Source: Eledone cirrhosa (taxonomy: Eukaryota). From it: a stretch of DNA of 64,000 nucleotides. The notes beneath the pieces are model-generated. The model had not been told where the DNA came from and did no database searches. It saw only the letters and a list, made by a program, of their open reading frames with translations. Made by a program: the position numbers and the translations under genes. Position 1 is the first letter of the stretch, and every line of letters begins with the position of its first letter. The stretch spans positions 30,070,001 through 30,134,000 of the forward strand of contig OZ024762.1 in NCBI GenBank assembly GCA_964016885.1. The letters are read 5' to 3'. Of the stretch, positions 26,301-38,957 are shown in pieces.

Positions 26301-29300
26301 GTCAGAAGTAACTCCACTGTTGGTGAGAATTCATTTAAGTTCATGGTATTAGCTGTCAGAAGTAACTCCACTGTTGGTGAGAATTCATTTAAGTTCATGG
26401 TACTAGCTGTCAGAAGTAACTCCACTGTTGGTGAGAATTCATTTAAGTTCATGGTATTAGCTGTCAGAAGTAACTCCACTGTTGGTGAGAATTCATTTAA
26501 GTCATGGTATTAGCCATCAGAGGTAACTCCATTGTTGGTGAGAATTCATTTAAGTCATGGTACTAGCTGTCAGAAGTAACTCCACTGTTGGTGAGAATTC
26601 ATTTAAGTTCATGGTACTAGCTGTCAGAAGTAACTCCACTGTTGGTGAGAATTCAGTTAAGTTCATGGTATTAGTTGTCAGAAGTAACTCCACTGTTGGT
26701 GAGAATTCATTTAAATCATGGTATTAGTTGTCAGAAGTAACTCCAATGTTGGTGAGAATTCATTTAAGTTCATGGTACTAGCTGTCAGAAGTAACTCCAC
26801 TGTTGGTGAGAATTCATTTAAGTTCATGGTATTAGCTGTCAGAAGTAACTCCACTGTTGGTGAGAATTCATTTAAGTCATGGTATTAGCTGTCAGAAGTA
26901 ACTCCATTGTTGGTGAGAATTCATTTAAGTCATGGTACTAGCTGTCAGAAGTAACTCCACTGTTGGTGAGAATTCATTTAAGTTCATGGTATTAGCTGTC
27001 AGAAGGAACTCCACTCTTGGTGAGAATTCATTTAAGTTCATGGTATTAGCTGTCAGAAGTAACTCCACTGTTGGTGAGAATTCAGTTAAGTTCATGGTAT
27101 TAGTTGTCAGAAGTAACTCCACTGTTGGTGAGAATTCATTTAAATCATGGTATTAGTTGTCAGAAGTAACTCCAATGTTGGTGAGAATTCACTTAAGTTC
27201 ATGGTACTAGCTGTCAGAAGTAACTCCACTGTTGGTGAGAATTCATTTAAGTTCATGGTATTAGCTGTCAGAAGGAACTCCACTGTTGGTGAGAATTCAT
27301 TTAAGTTCATGGTATTAGCTGTCAGAAGTAACTCCACTGTTGGTGAGAATTCATTTTAGTTCATGGTACTAGCTGTCAGAAGTAACTCCACTGTTGGTGA
27401 GAATTCATTTAAGTTCATGGTACTAGCTGTCAGAAGGAACTCCAATGTTGGTGAGAATTCATTTAAGTCATGGTACTAGCTGTCAGAAGTAACTCCACTG
27501 TTGGTGAGAATTCGTTTAAGTTCATGGTATTAGCTGTCAGAAGGAACTCCACTGTTGGTGAGAATTCAGTTAAGTTCATGGTATTAGTTGTCAGAAGTAA
27601 CTCCACTGTTGGTGAGAATTCATTTAAATCATGGTATTAGTTGTCAGAAGTAACTCCAATGTTGGTGAGAATTCATTTAAGTTCATGGTACTAGCTGTCA
27701 GAAGTAACTCCACTGTTGGTGAGAATTCATTTAAGTTCATGGTATTAGCTGTCAGAAGTAACTCCACTGTTGGTGAGAATTCATTTAAGTCATGGTATTA
27801 GCTGTCAGAAGTAACTCCATTGTTGGTGAGAATTCATTTAAGTCATGGTACTAGCTGTCAGAAGTAACTCCACTGTTGGTGAGAATTCATTTAAGTTCAT
27901 GGTATTAGCTGTCAGAAGGAACTCCACTGTTGGTGAGAATTCATTTAAGTTCATGGTATTAGCTGTCAGAAGTAACTCCACTGTTGGTGAGAATTCATTT
28001 AAGTTCATGGTATTAGCTGTCAGAAGTAACTCCACTGTTGGTGAGAATTCATTTAAGTTCATGGTACTAGCTGTCAGAAGTAACTCCACTGTTGGTGAGA
28101 ATTCATTTAAGTTCATGGTATTAGCTGTCAGAAGTAACTCCACTGTTGGTGAGAATTCATTTAAGTCATGGTATTAGCTATCAGAGGTAACTCCATTGTT
28201 GGTGAGAATTCATTTAAGTCATGGTACTAGCTGTCAGAAGTAACTCCACTGTTGGTGAGAATTCATTTAAGTTCATGGTACTAGCTGTCAGAAGTAACTC
28301 CACTGTTGGTGAGAATTCAGTTAAGTTCATGGTATTAGTTGTCAGAAGTAACTCCACTGTTGGTGAGAATTCATTTAAATCATGGTATTAGTTGTCAGAA
28401 GTAACTCCAATGTTGGTGAGAATTCATTTAAGTTCATGGTACTAGCTGTCAGAAGTAACTCCACTGTTGGTGAGAATTCATTTAAGTTCATGGTATTAGC
28501 TGTCAGAAGTAACTCCACTGTTGGTGAGAATTCATTTAAGTCATGGTATTAGCTGTCAGAAGTAACTCCATTGTTGGTGAGAATTCATTTAAGTCATGGT
28601 ACTAGCTGTCAGAAGTAACTCCACTGTTGGTGAGAATTCATTTAAGTTCATGGTATTAGCTGTCAGAAGGAACTCCACTCTTGGTGAGAATTCATTTAAG
28701 TTCATGGTATTAGCTGTCAGAAGTAACTCCACTGTTGGTGAGAATTCATTTTAGTTCATGGTACTAGCTGTCAGAAGTAACTCCACTGTTGGTGAGAATT
28801 CAGTTAAGTTCATGGTATTAGTTGTCAGAAGTAACTCCACTGTTGGTGAGAATTCATTTAAATCATGGTATTAGTTGTCAGAAGTAACTCCAATGTTGGT
28901 GAGAATTCATTTAAGTTCATGGTATTAGCTGTCAGAAGGAACTCCACTGTTGGTGAGAATTCATTTAAGTTCATGGTATTAGCTGTCAGAAGTAACTCCA
29001 CTGTTGGTGAGAATTCATTTTAGTTCATGGTACTAGCTGTCAGAAGTAACTCCACTGTTGGTGAGAATTCATTTAAGTTCATGGTACTAGCTGTCAGAAG
29101 GAACTCCAATGTTGGTGAGAATTCATTTAAGTCATGGTACTAGCTGTCAGAAGTAACTCCACTGTTGGTGAGAATTCGTTTAAGTTCATGGTATTAGCTG
29201 TCAGAAGGAACTCCACTGTTGGTGAGAATTCAGTTAAGTTCATGGTATTAGTTGTCAGAAGTAACTCCACTGTTGGTGAGAATTCATTTAAATCATGGTA

Positions 29301-32300
29301 TTAGTTGTCAGAAGTAACTCCAATGTTGGTGAGAATTCATTTAAGTTCATGGTACTAGCTGTCAGAAGTAACTCCACTGTTGGTGAGAATTCATTTAAGT
29401 TCATGGTATTAGCTGTCAGAAGTAACTCCACTGTTGGTGAGAATTCATTTAAGTCATGGTATTAGCTGTCAGAAGTAACTCCATTGTTGGTGAGAATTCA
29501 TTTAAGTCATGGTACTAGCTGTCAGAAGTAACTCCACTGTTGGTGAGAATTCATTTAAGTTCATGGTATTAGCTGTCAGAAGGAACTCCACTGTTGGTGA
29601 GAATTCATTTAAGTTCATGGTATTAGCTGTCAGAAGTAACTCCACTGTTGGTGAGAATTCATTTAAGTTCATGGTATTAGCTGTCAGAAGTAACTCCACT
29701 GTTGGTGAGAATTCATTTAAGTTCATGGTACTAGCTGTCAGAAGTAACTCCACTGTTGGTGAGAATTCATTTAAGTTCATGGTATTAGCTGTCAGAAGTA
29801 ACTCCACTGTTGGTGAGAATTCATTTAAGTCATGGTATTAGCTATCAGAGGTAACTCCATTGTTGGTGAGAATTCATTTAAGTCATGGTACTAGCTGTCA
29901 GAAGTAACTCCACTGTTGGTGAGAATTCATTTAAGTTCATGGTACTAGCTGTCAGAAGTAACTCCACTGTTGGTGAGAATTCAGTTAAGTTCATGGTATT
30001 AGTTGTCAGAAGTAACTCCACTGTTGGTGAGAATTCATTTAAATCATGGTATTAGTTGTCAGAAGTAACTCCAATGTTGGTGAGAATTCATTTAAGTTCA
30101 TGGTACTAGCTGTCAGAAGTAACTCCACTGTTGGTGAGAATTCATTTAAGTTCATGGTATTAGCTGTCAGAAGTAACTCCACTGTTGGTGAGAATTCATT
30201 TAAGTCATGGTATTAGCTGTCAGAAGTAACTCCATTGTTGGTGAGAATTCATTTAAGTCATGGTACTAGCTGTCAGAAGTAACTCCACTGTTGGTGAGAA
30301 TTCATTTAAGTTCATGGTATTAGCTGTCAGAAGGAACTCCACTCTTGGTGAGAATTCATTTAAGTTCATGGTATTAGCTGTCAGAAGTAACTCCACTGTT
30401 GGTGAGAATTCATTTTAGTTCATGGTACTAGCTGTCAGAAGTAACTCCACTGTTGGTGAGAATTCAGTTAAGTTCATGGTATTAGTTGTCAGAAGTAACT
30501 CCACTGTTGGTGAGAATTCATTTAAATCATGGTATTAGTTGTCAGAAGTAACTCCAATGTTGGTGAGAATTCATTTAAGTTCATGGTACTAGCTGTCAGA
30601 AGTAACTCCACTGTTGGTGAGAATTCATTTAAGTTCATGGTATTAGCTGTCAGAAGTAACTCCACTGTTGGTGAGAATTCATTTAAGTCATGGTATTAGC
30701 TGTCAGAAGTAACTCCATTGTTGGTGAGAATTCATTTAAGTCATGGTACTAGCTGTCAGAAGTAACTCCACTGTTGGTGAGAATTCATTTAAGTTCATGG
30801 TATTAGCTGTCAGAAGGAACTCCACTGTTGGTGAGAATTCATTTAAGTTCATGGTATTAGCTGTCAGAAGTAACTCCACTGTTGGTGAGAATTCATTTTA
30901 GTTCATGGTACTAGCTGTCAGAAGTAACTCCACTGTTGGTGAGAATTCATTTAAGTTCATGGTACTAGCTGTCAGAAGGAACTCCAATGTTGGTGAGAAT
31001 TCATTTAAGTCATGGTACTAGCTGTCAGAAGTAACTCCACTGTTGGTGAGAATTCGTTTAAGTTCATGGTATTAGCTGTCAGAAGGAACTCCACTGTTGG
31101 TGAGAATTCAGTTAAGTTCATGGTATTAGTTGTCAGAAGTAACTCCACTGTTGGTGAGAATTCATTTAAATCATGGTATTAGTTGTCAGAAGTAACTCCA
31201 ATGTTGGTGAGAATTCATTTAAGTTCATGGTACTAGCTGTCAGAAGTAACTCCACTGTTGGTGAGAATTCATTTAAGTTCATGGTATTAGCTGTCAGAAG
31301 TAACTCCACTGTTGGTGAGAATTCATTTAAGTCATGGTATTAGCTGTCAGAAGTAACTCCATTGTTGGTGAGAATTCATTTAAGTCATGGTACTAGCTGT
31401 CAGAAGTAACTCCACTGTTGGTGAGAATTCATTTAAGTTCATGGTATTAGCTGTCAGAAGGAACTCCACTGTTGGTGAGAATTCATTTAAGTTCATGGTA
31501 TTAGCTGTCAGAAGTAACTCCACTGTTGGTGAGAATTCATTTAAGTTCATGGTACTAGCTGTCAGAAGTAACTCCACTGTTGGTGAGAATTCATTTAAGT
31601 TCATGGTATTAGCTGTCAGAAGTAACTCCACTGTTGGTGAGAATTCATTTAAGTCATGGTATTAGCTATCAGAAGTAACTCCATTGTTGGTGAGAATTCA
31701 TTTAAGTCATGGTACTAGCTGTCAGAAGTAACTCCACTGTTGGTGAGAATTCATTTAAGTTCATGGTACTAGCTGTCAGAAGTAACTCCACTGTTGGTGA
31801 GAATTCAGTTAAGTTCATGGTATTAGTTGTCAGAAGTAACTCCACTGTTGGTGAGAATTCATTTAAATCATGGTATTAGTTGTCAGAAGTAACTCCAATG
31901 TTGGTGAGAATTCATTTAAGTTCATGGTACTAGCTGTCAGAAGTAACTCCACTGTTGGTGAGAATTCATTTAAGTTCATGGTATTAGCTGTCAGAAGTAA
32001 CTCCACTGTTGGGGAGAATTCATTTAAGTCATGGTATTAGCTGTCAGAAGTAACTCCATTGTTGGTGAGAATTCATTTAAGTCATGGTACTAGCTGTCAG
32101 AAGTAACTCCACTGTTGGTGAGAATTCATTTAAGTTCATGGTATTAGCTGTCAGAAGGAACTCCACTGTTGGTGAGAATTCATTTAAGTTCATGGTATTA
32201 GCTGTCAGAAGTAACTCCACTGTTGGTGAGTATTCATTTTAGTTCATGGTACTAGCTGTCAGAAGTAACTCCACTGTTGGTGAGAATTCATTTAAGTTCA

Positions 32301-35300
32301 TGTTACTAGCTGTCAGAAGGAACTCCACTGTTGGTGAGAATTCATTTAAGTTCATGGTATTAGCTGTCAGAAGTAACTCCAATGTTGGTGAGAATTCATT
32401 TAAGTCATGGTACTAGCTGTCAGAAGTAACTCCACTGTTGGTGAGAATTCGTTTAAGTTCATGGTATTAGCTGTCAGAAGGAACTCCACTGTTGGTGAGA
32501 ATTCAGTTAAGTTCATGGTATTAGTTGTCAGAAGTAACTCCACTGTTGGTGAGAATTCATTTAAATCATGGTATTAGTTGTCAGAAGTAACTCCAATGTT
32601 GGTGAGAATTCATTTAAGTTCATGGTACTAGCTGTCAGAAGTAACTCCACTGTTGGTGAGAATTCATTTAAGTTCATGGTATTAGCTGTCAGAAGTAACT
32701 CCACTGTTGGTGAGAATTCATTTAAGTCATGGTATTAGCTGTCAGAAGTAACTCCATTGTTGGTGAGAATTCATTTAAGTCATGGTACTAGCTGTCAGAA
32801 GTAACTCCACTGTTGGTGAGAATTCATTTAAGTTCATGGTATTAGCTGTCAGAAGGAACTCCACTGTTGCTGAGAATTCATTTAAGTTCATGGTATTAGC
32901 TGTCAGAAGTAACTCCACTGTTGGTGAGAATTCATTTTAGTTCATGGTACTAGCTGTCAGAAGTAACTCCACTGTTGGTGAGAATTCATTTAAGTTCATG
33001 GTACTAGCTGTCAGAAGGAACTCCAATGTTGGTGAGAATTCATTTAAGTCATGGTACTAGCTGTCAGAAGTAACTCCACTGTTGGTGAGAATTCGTTTAA
33101 GTTCATGGTATTAGCTGTCAGAAGGAACTCCACTGTTGGTGAGAATTCAGTTAAGTTCATGGTATTAGTTGTCAGAAGTAACTCCACTGTTGGTGAGAAT
33201 TCATTTAAATCATGGTATTAGTTGTCAGAAGTAACTCCAATGTTGGTGAGAATTCATTTAATTTCATGGTACTAGCTGTCAGAAGTAACTCCACTGTTGG
33301 TGAGAATTCATTTAAGTTCATGGTATTAGCTGTCAGAAGTAACTCCACTGTTGGTGAGAATTCATTTAAGTCATGGTATTAGCTGTCAGAAGTAACTCCA
33401 ATGTTGGTGAGAATTCATTTAAGTCATGGTACTAGCTGTCAGAAGTAACTCCACTGTTGGTGAGAATTCGTTTAAGTTCATGGTATTAGCTGTCAGAAGG
33501 AACTCCACTGTTGGTGAGAATTCAGTTAAGTTCATGGTATTAGTTGTCAGAAGTAACTCCACTGTTGGTGAGAATTCATTTAAATCATGGTATTAGTTGT
33601 CAGAAGTAACTCCAATGTTGGTGAGAATTCATTTAAGTTCATGGTACTAGCTGTCAGAAGTAACTCCACTGTTGGTGAGAATTCATTTAAGTTCATGGTA
33701 TTAGCTGTCAGAAGTAACTCCACTGTTGGTGAGAATTCATTTAAGTCATGGTATTAGCTGTCAGAAGTAACTCCATTGTTGGTGAGAATTCATTTAAGTC
33801 ATGGTACTAGCTGTCAGAAGTAACTCCACTGTTGGTGAGAATTCATTTAAGTTCATGGTATTAGCTGTCAGAAGGAACTCCACTGTTGGTGAGAATTCAT
33901 TTAAGTTCATGGTATTAGCTGTCAGAAGTAACTCCACTGTTGGTGAGAATTCATTTTAGTTCATGGTACTAGCTGTCAGAAGTAACTCCACTGTTGGTGA
34001 GAATTCATTTAAGTTCATGGTACTAGCTGTCAGAAGGAACTCCAATGTTGGTGAGAATTCATTTAAGTCATGGTACTAGCTGTCAGAAGTAACTCCACTG
34101 TTGGTGAGAATTCGTTTAAGTTCATGGTATTAGCTGTCAGAAGGAACTCCACTGTTGGTGAGAATTCAGTTAAGTTCATGGTATTAGTTGTCAGAAGTAA
34201 CTCCACTGTTGGTGAGAATTCATTTAAATCATGGTATTAGTTGTCAGAAGTAACTCCAATGTTGGTGAGAATTCATTTAAGTTCATGGTACTAGCTGTCA
34301 GAAGTAACTCCACTGTTGGTGAGAATTCATTTAAGTTCATGGTATTAGCTGTCAGAAGTAACTCCACTGTTGGTGAGAATTCATTTAAGTCATGGTATTA
34401 GCTGTCAGAAGTAACTCCATTGTTGGTGAGAATTCATTTAAGTCATGGTACTAGCTGTCAGAAGTAACTCCACTGTTGGTGAGAATTCATTTAAGTTCAT
34501 GGTATTAGCTGTCAGAAGGAACTCCACTGTTGGTGAGAATTCATTTAAGTTCATGGTATTAGCTGTCAGAAGTAACTCCACTGTTGGTGAGAATTCATTT
34601 AAGTTCATGGTATTAGCTGTCAGAAGTAACTCCACTGTTGGTGAGAATTCATTTAAGTTCATGGTACTAGCTGTCAGAAGTAACTCCACTGTTGGTGAGA
34701 ATTCAGTTAAGTTCATGGTATTAGTTGTCAGAAGTAACTCCACTGTTGGTGAGAATTCATTTAAATCATGGTATTAGTTGAAAGAAGTAACTCCAATGTT
34801 GGTGAGAATTCATTTAAGTTCATGGTACTAGCTGTCAGAAGTAACTCCACTGTTGGTGAGAATTCATTTAAGTTCATGGTATTAGCTGTCAGAAGTAACT
34901 CCACTGTTGGTGAGAATTCATTTAAGTCATGGTATTAGCTGTCAGAAGTAACTCCATTGTTGGTGAGAATTCATTTAAGTCATGGTACTAGCTGTCAGAA
35001 GTAACTCCACTGTTGGTGAGAATTCATTTAAGTTCATGGTATTAGCTGTCAGAAGGAACTCCACTGTTGGTGAGAATTCATTTAAGTTCATGGTATTAGC
35101 TGTCAGAAGTAACTCCACTGTTGGTGAGAATTCATTTTAGTTCATGGTACTAGCTGTCAGAAGTAACTCCACTGTTGGTGAGAATTCAGTTAAGTTCATG
35201 GTATTAGTTGTCAGAAGTAACTCCACTGTTGGTGAGAATTCATTTAAATCATGGTATTAGTTGTCAGAAGTAACTCCAATGTTGGTGAGAATTGATTTAA

Positions 35301-38300
35301 GTTCATGGTACTAGCTGTCAGAAGTAACTCCACTGTTGGTGAGAATTCATTTAAGTTCATGGTATTAGCTGTCAGAAGTAACTCCACTGTTGGTGAGAAT
35401 TCATTTAAGTCATGGTATTAGCTGTCAGAAGTAACTCCATTGTTGGTGAGAATTCATTTAAGTCATGGTACTAGCTGTCAGAAGTAACTCCACTGTTGGT
35501 GAGAATTCATTTAAGTTCATGGTATTAGCTGTCAGAAGTAACTCCACTGTTGGTGAGAATTCATTTAAGTTCATGGTACTAGCTGTCAGAAGTAACTCCA
35601 CTGTTGGTGAGAATTCATTTAAGTTCATGGTACTAGCTGTCAGAAGGAACTCCACTGTTGGTGAGAATTCATTTAAGTTCATGGTATTAGCTGTCAGAAG
35701 TAACTCCAATGTTGGTGAGAATTCATTTAAGTCATGGTACTAGCTGTCAGAAGTAACTCCACTGTTGGTGAGAATTCGTTTAAGTTCATGGTATTAGCTG
35801 TCAGAAGGAACTCCACTGTTGGTGAGAATTCAGTTAAGTTCATGGTATTAGTTGTCAGAAGTAACTCCACTGTTGGTGAGAATTCATTTAAATCATGGTA
35901 TTAGTTGTCAGAAGTAACTCCAATGTTGGTGAGAATTCATTTAAGTTCATGGTACTAGCTGTCAGAAGTAACTCCACTGTTGGTGAGAATTCATTTAAGT
36001 TCATGGTATTAGCTGTCAGAAGTAACTCCACTGTTGGTGAGAATTCATTTAAGTCATGGTATTAGCTGTCAGAAGTAACTCCATTGTTGGTGAGAATTCA
36101 TTTAAGTCATGGTACTAGCTGTCAGAAGTAACTCCACTGTTGGTGAGAATTCATTTAAGTTCATGGTATTAGCTGTCAGAAGGAACTCCACTGTTGGTGA
36201 GAATTCATTTAAGTTCATGGTATTAGCTGTCAGAAGTAACTCCACTGTTGGTGAGAATTCATTTAAGTTCATGGTACTAGCTGTCAGAAGTAACTCCACT
36301 GTTGGTGAGAATTCATTTAAGTTCATGGTACTAGCTGTCAGAAGGAACTCCACTGTTGGTGAGAATTCATTTAAGTCATGGTACTAGCTGTCAGAAGTAA
36401 CTCCAATGTTGGTGAGAATTCATTTAAGTTCATGTTATTAGCTGTCAGAAGGAACTCCACTGTTGGTGAGAATTCATTTAAGTTCATGGTATTAGCTGTC
36501 AGAAGTAACTCCACTGTTGGTGAGAATTCATTTAAGTTCATGGTACTAGCTGTCAGAAGTAACTCCACTGTTGGTGAGAATTCAGTTAAGTTCATGGTAC
36601 TAGCTGTCAGAAGTAACTCCACTGTTGGTGAGAATTCAGTTAAGTTCATGGTATTAGCTGTCAGAAGGAACTCCACTGTTGGTGAGAATTCATTTAAGTT
36701 CATGGTATTAGCTGTCAGAAGTAACTCCAATGTTGGTGAGAATTCATTTAAGTCATGGTACTAGCTGTCAGAAGTAACTCCACTGTTGGTGAGAATTCGT
36801 TTAAGTTCATGGTATTAGCTGTCAGAAAGAACTCCACTGTTGGTGAGAATTCAGTTAAGTTCATGGTATTAGTTGTCAGAAGTAACTCCACTGTTGGTGA
36901 GAATTCATTTAAATCATGGTATTAGTTGTCAGAAGTAACTCCAATGTTGGTGAGAATTCATTTAAGTTCATGGTAAGAGCTGTCAGAAGTAACTCCACTG
37001 TTGGTGAGAATTCATTTAAGTTCATGGTATTAGCTGTCAGAAGTAACTCCACTGTTGGTGAGAATTCATTTAAGTCATGGTATTAGCTGTCAGAAGTAAC
37101 TCCATTGTTGGTGAGAATTCATTTAAGTCATGGTACTAGCTGTCAGAAGTAACTCCACTGTTGGTGAGAATTCATTTAAGTTCATGGTATTAGCTGTCAG
37201 AAGTAACTCCACTGTTGGTGAGAATTCATTTAAGTTCATGGTACTAGCTGTCAGAAGTAACTCCACTGTTGGTGAGAATTCATTTAAGTTCATGGTACTA
37301 GCTGTCAGAAGGAACTCCACTGTTGGTGAGAATTCATTTAAGTTCATGGTATTAGCTGTCAGAAGTAACTCCAATGTTGGTGAGAATTCATTTAAGTCAT
37401 GGTACTAGCTGTCAGAAGTAACTCCACTGTTGGTGAGAATTCGTTTAAGTTCATGGTATTAGCTGTCAGAAGGAACTCCACTGTTGGTGAGAATTCAGTT
37501 AAGTTCATGGTATTAGTTGTCAGAAGTAACTCCACTGTTGGTGAGAATTCATTTAAATCATGGTATTAGTTGTCAGAAGTAACTCCATTGTTGGTGAGAA
37601 TTCATTTAAGTCATGGTACTAGCTGTCAGAAGTAACTCCACTGTTGGTGAGAATTCATTTAAGTTCATGGTATTAGCTGTCAGAAGGAACTCCACTGTTG
37701 GTGAGAATTCATTTAAGTTCATGGTATTAGCTGTCAGAAGTAACTCCACTGTTGGTGAGAATTCATTTAAGTTCATGGTACTAGCTGTCAGAAGTAACTC
37801 CACTGTTGGTGAGAATTCATTTAAGTTCATGGTACTAGCTGTCAGAAGGAACTCCACTGTTGGTGAGAATTCATTTAAGTTCATGGTATTAGCTGTCAGA
37901 AGTAACTCCAATGTTGGTGAGAATTCATTTAAGTTCATGTTATTAGCTGTCAGAAGGAACTCCACTGTTGGTGAGAATTCATTTAAGTTCATGGTATTAG
38001 CTGTCAGAAGTAACTCCACTGTTGGTGAGAATTCATTTAAGTTCATGGTACTAGCTGTCAGAAGTAACTCCACTGTTGGTGAGAATTCAGTTAAGTTCAT
38101 GGTACTAGCTGTCAGAAGTAACTCCACTGTTGGTGAGAATTCAGTTAAGTTCATGGTATTAGCTGTCAGAAGGAACTCCACTGTTGGTGAGAATTCATTT
38201 AAGTTCATGGTATTAGCTGTCAGAAGTAACTCCACTGTTGGTGAGAATTCATTTAAGTTCATGGTACTAGCTGTCAGAAGTAACTCCACTGTTGGTGAGA

Positions 38301-38900
38301 ATTCATTTAAGTTCATGGTACTAGCTGTCAGAAGTAACTCCACTGTTGGTGAGAATTCAGTTAAGTTCATGGTATTAGTTGTCAGAAGTAACTCCACTGT
38401 TGGTGAGAATTCATTTAAATCATGGTATTAGTTGTCAGAAGTAACTCCAATGTTGGTGAGAATTCATTTAAGTTCATGGTACTAGCTGTCAGAAGTAACT
38501 CCACTGTTGGTGAGAATTCATTTAAGTTCATGGTATTAGCTGTCAGAAGTAACTCCACTGTTGGTGAGAATTCATTTAAGTCATGGTATTAGCTGTCAGA
38601 AGTAACTCCATTGTTGGTGAGAATTCATTTAAGTCATGGTACTAGCTGTCAGAAGTAACTCCACTGTTGGTGAGAATTCGTTTAAGTTCATGGTACTAGC
38701 TGTCAGAAGGAACTCCACTGTTGGTGAGAATTCATTTAAGTTCATGGTATTAGCTGTCAGAAGTAACTCCAATGTTGGTGAGAATTCATTTAAGTCATGG
38801 TACTAGCTGTCAGAAGTAACTCCACTGTTGGTGAGAATTCGTTTAAGTTCATGGTATTAGCTGTCAGAAGGAACTCCACTGTTGGTGAGAATTCAGTTAA
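22400..38900. repeat. Domain B: short-period HOR region (483, 644, 1664, 1878 and 6280-bp periods)
   Basis: The GAATTCGTTT variant is confined to ~19881-38835, with 644-bp spacing at 32445/33089 and 33464/34108. GGAACTCCACTCTTGG monomers have CCACTC at 27011/28675/30339 (1664 spacing). GC[T/C]ATCAGAGG occurs at 23561/26513/28177/29841. Runs at 23229/29509 and 25107/31387 are offset by 6280. Confidence 0.78.
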
Positions 38901-38957
38901 GTTCATGGTATTAGCTGTCAGAAGTAATTCCAATGTTGGTGAGAATTCATTTAAGTC

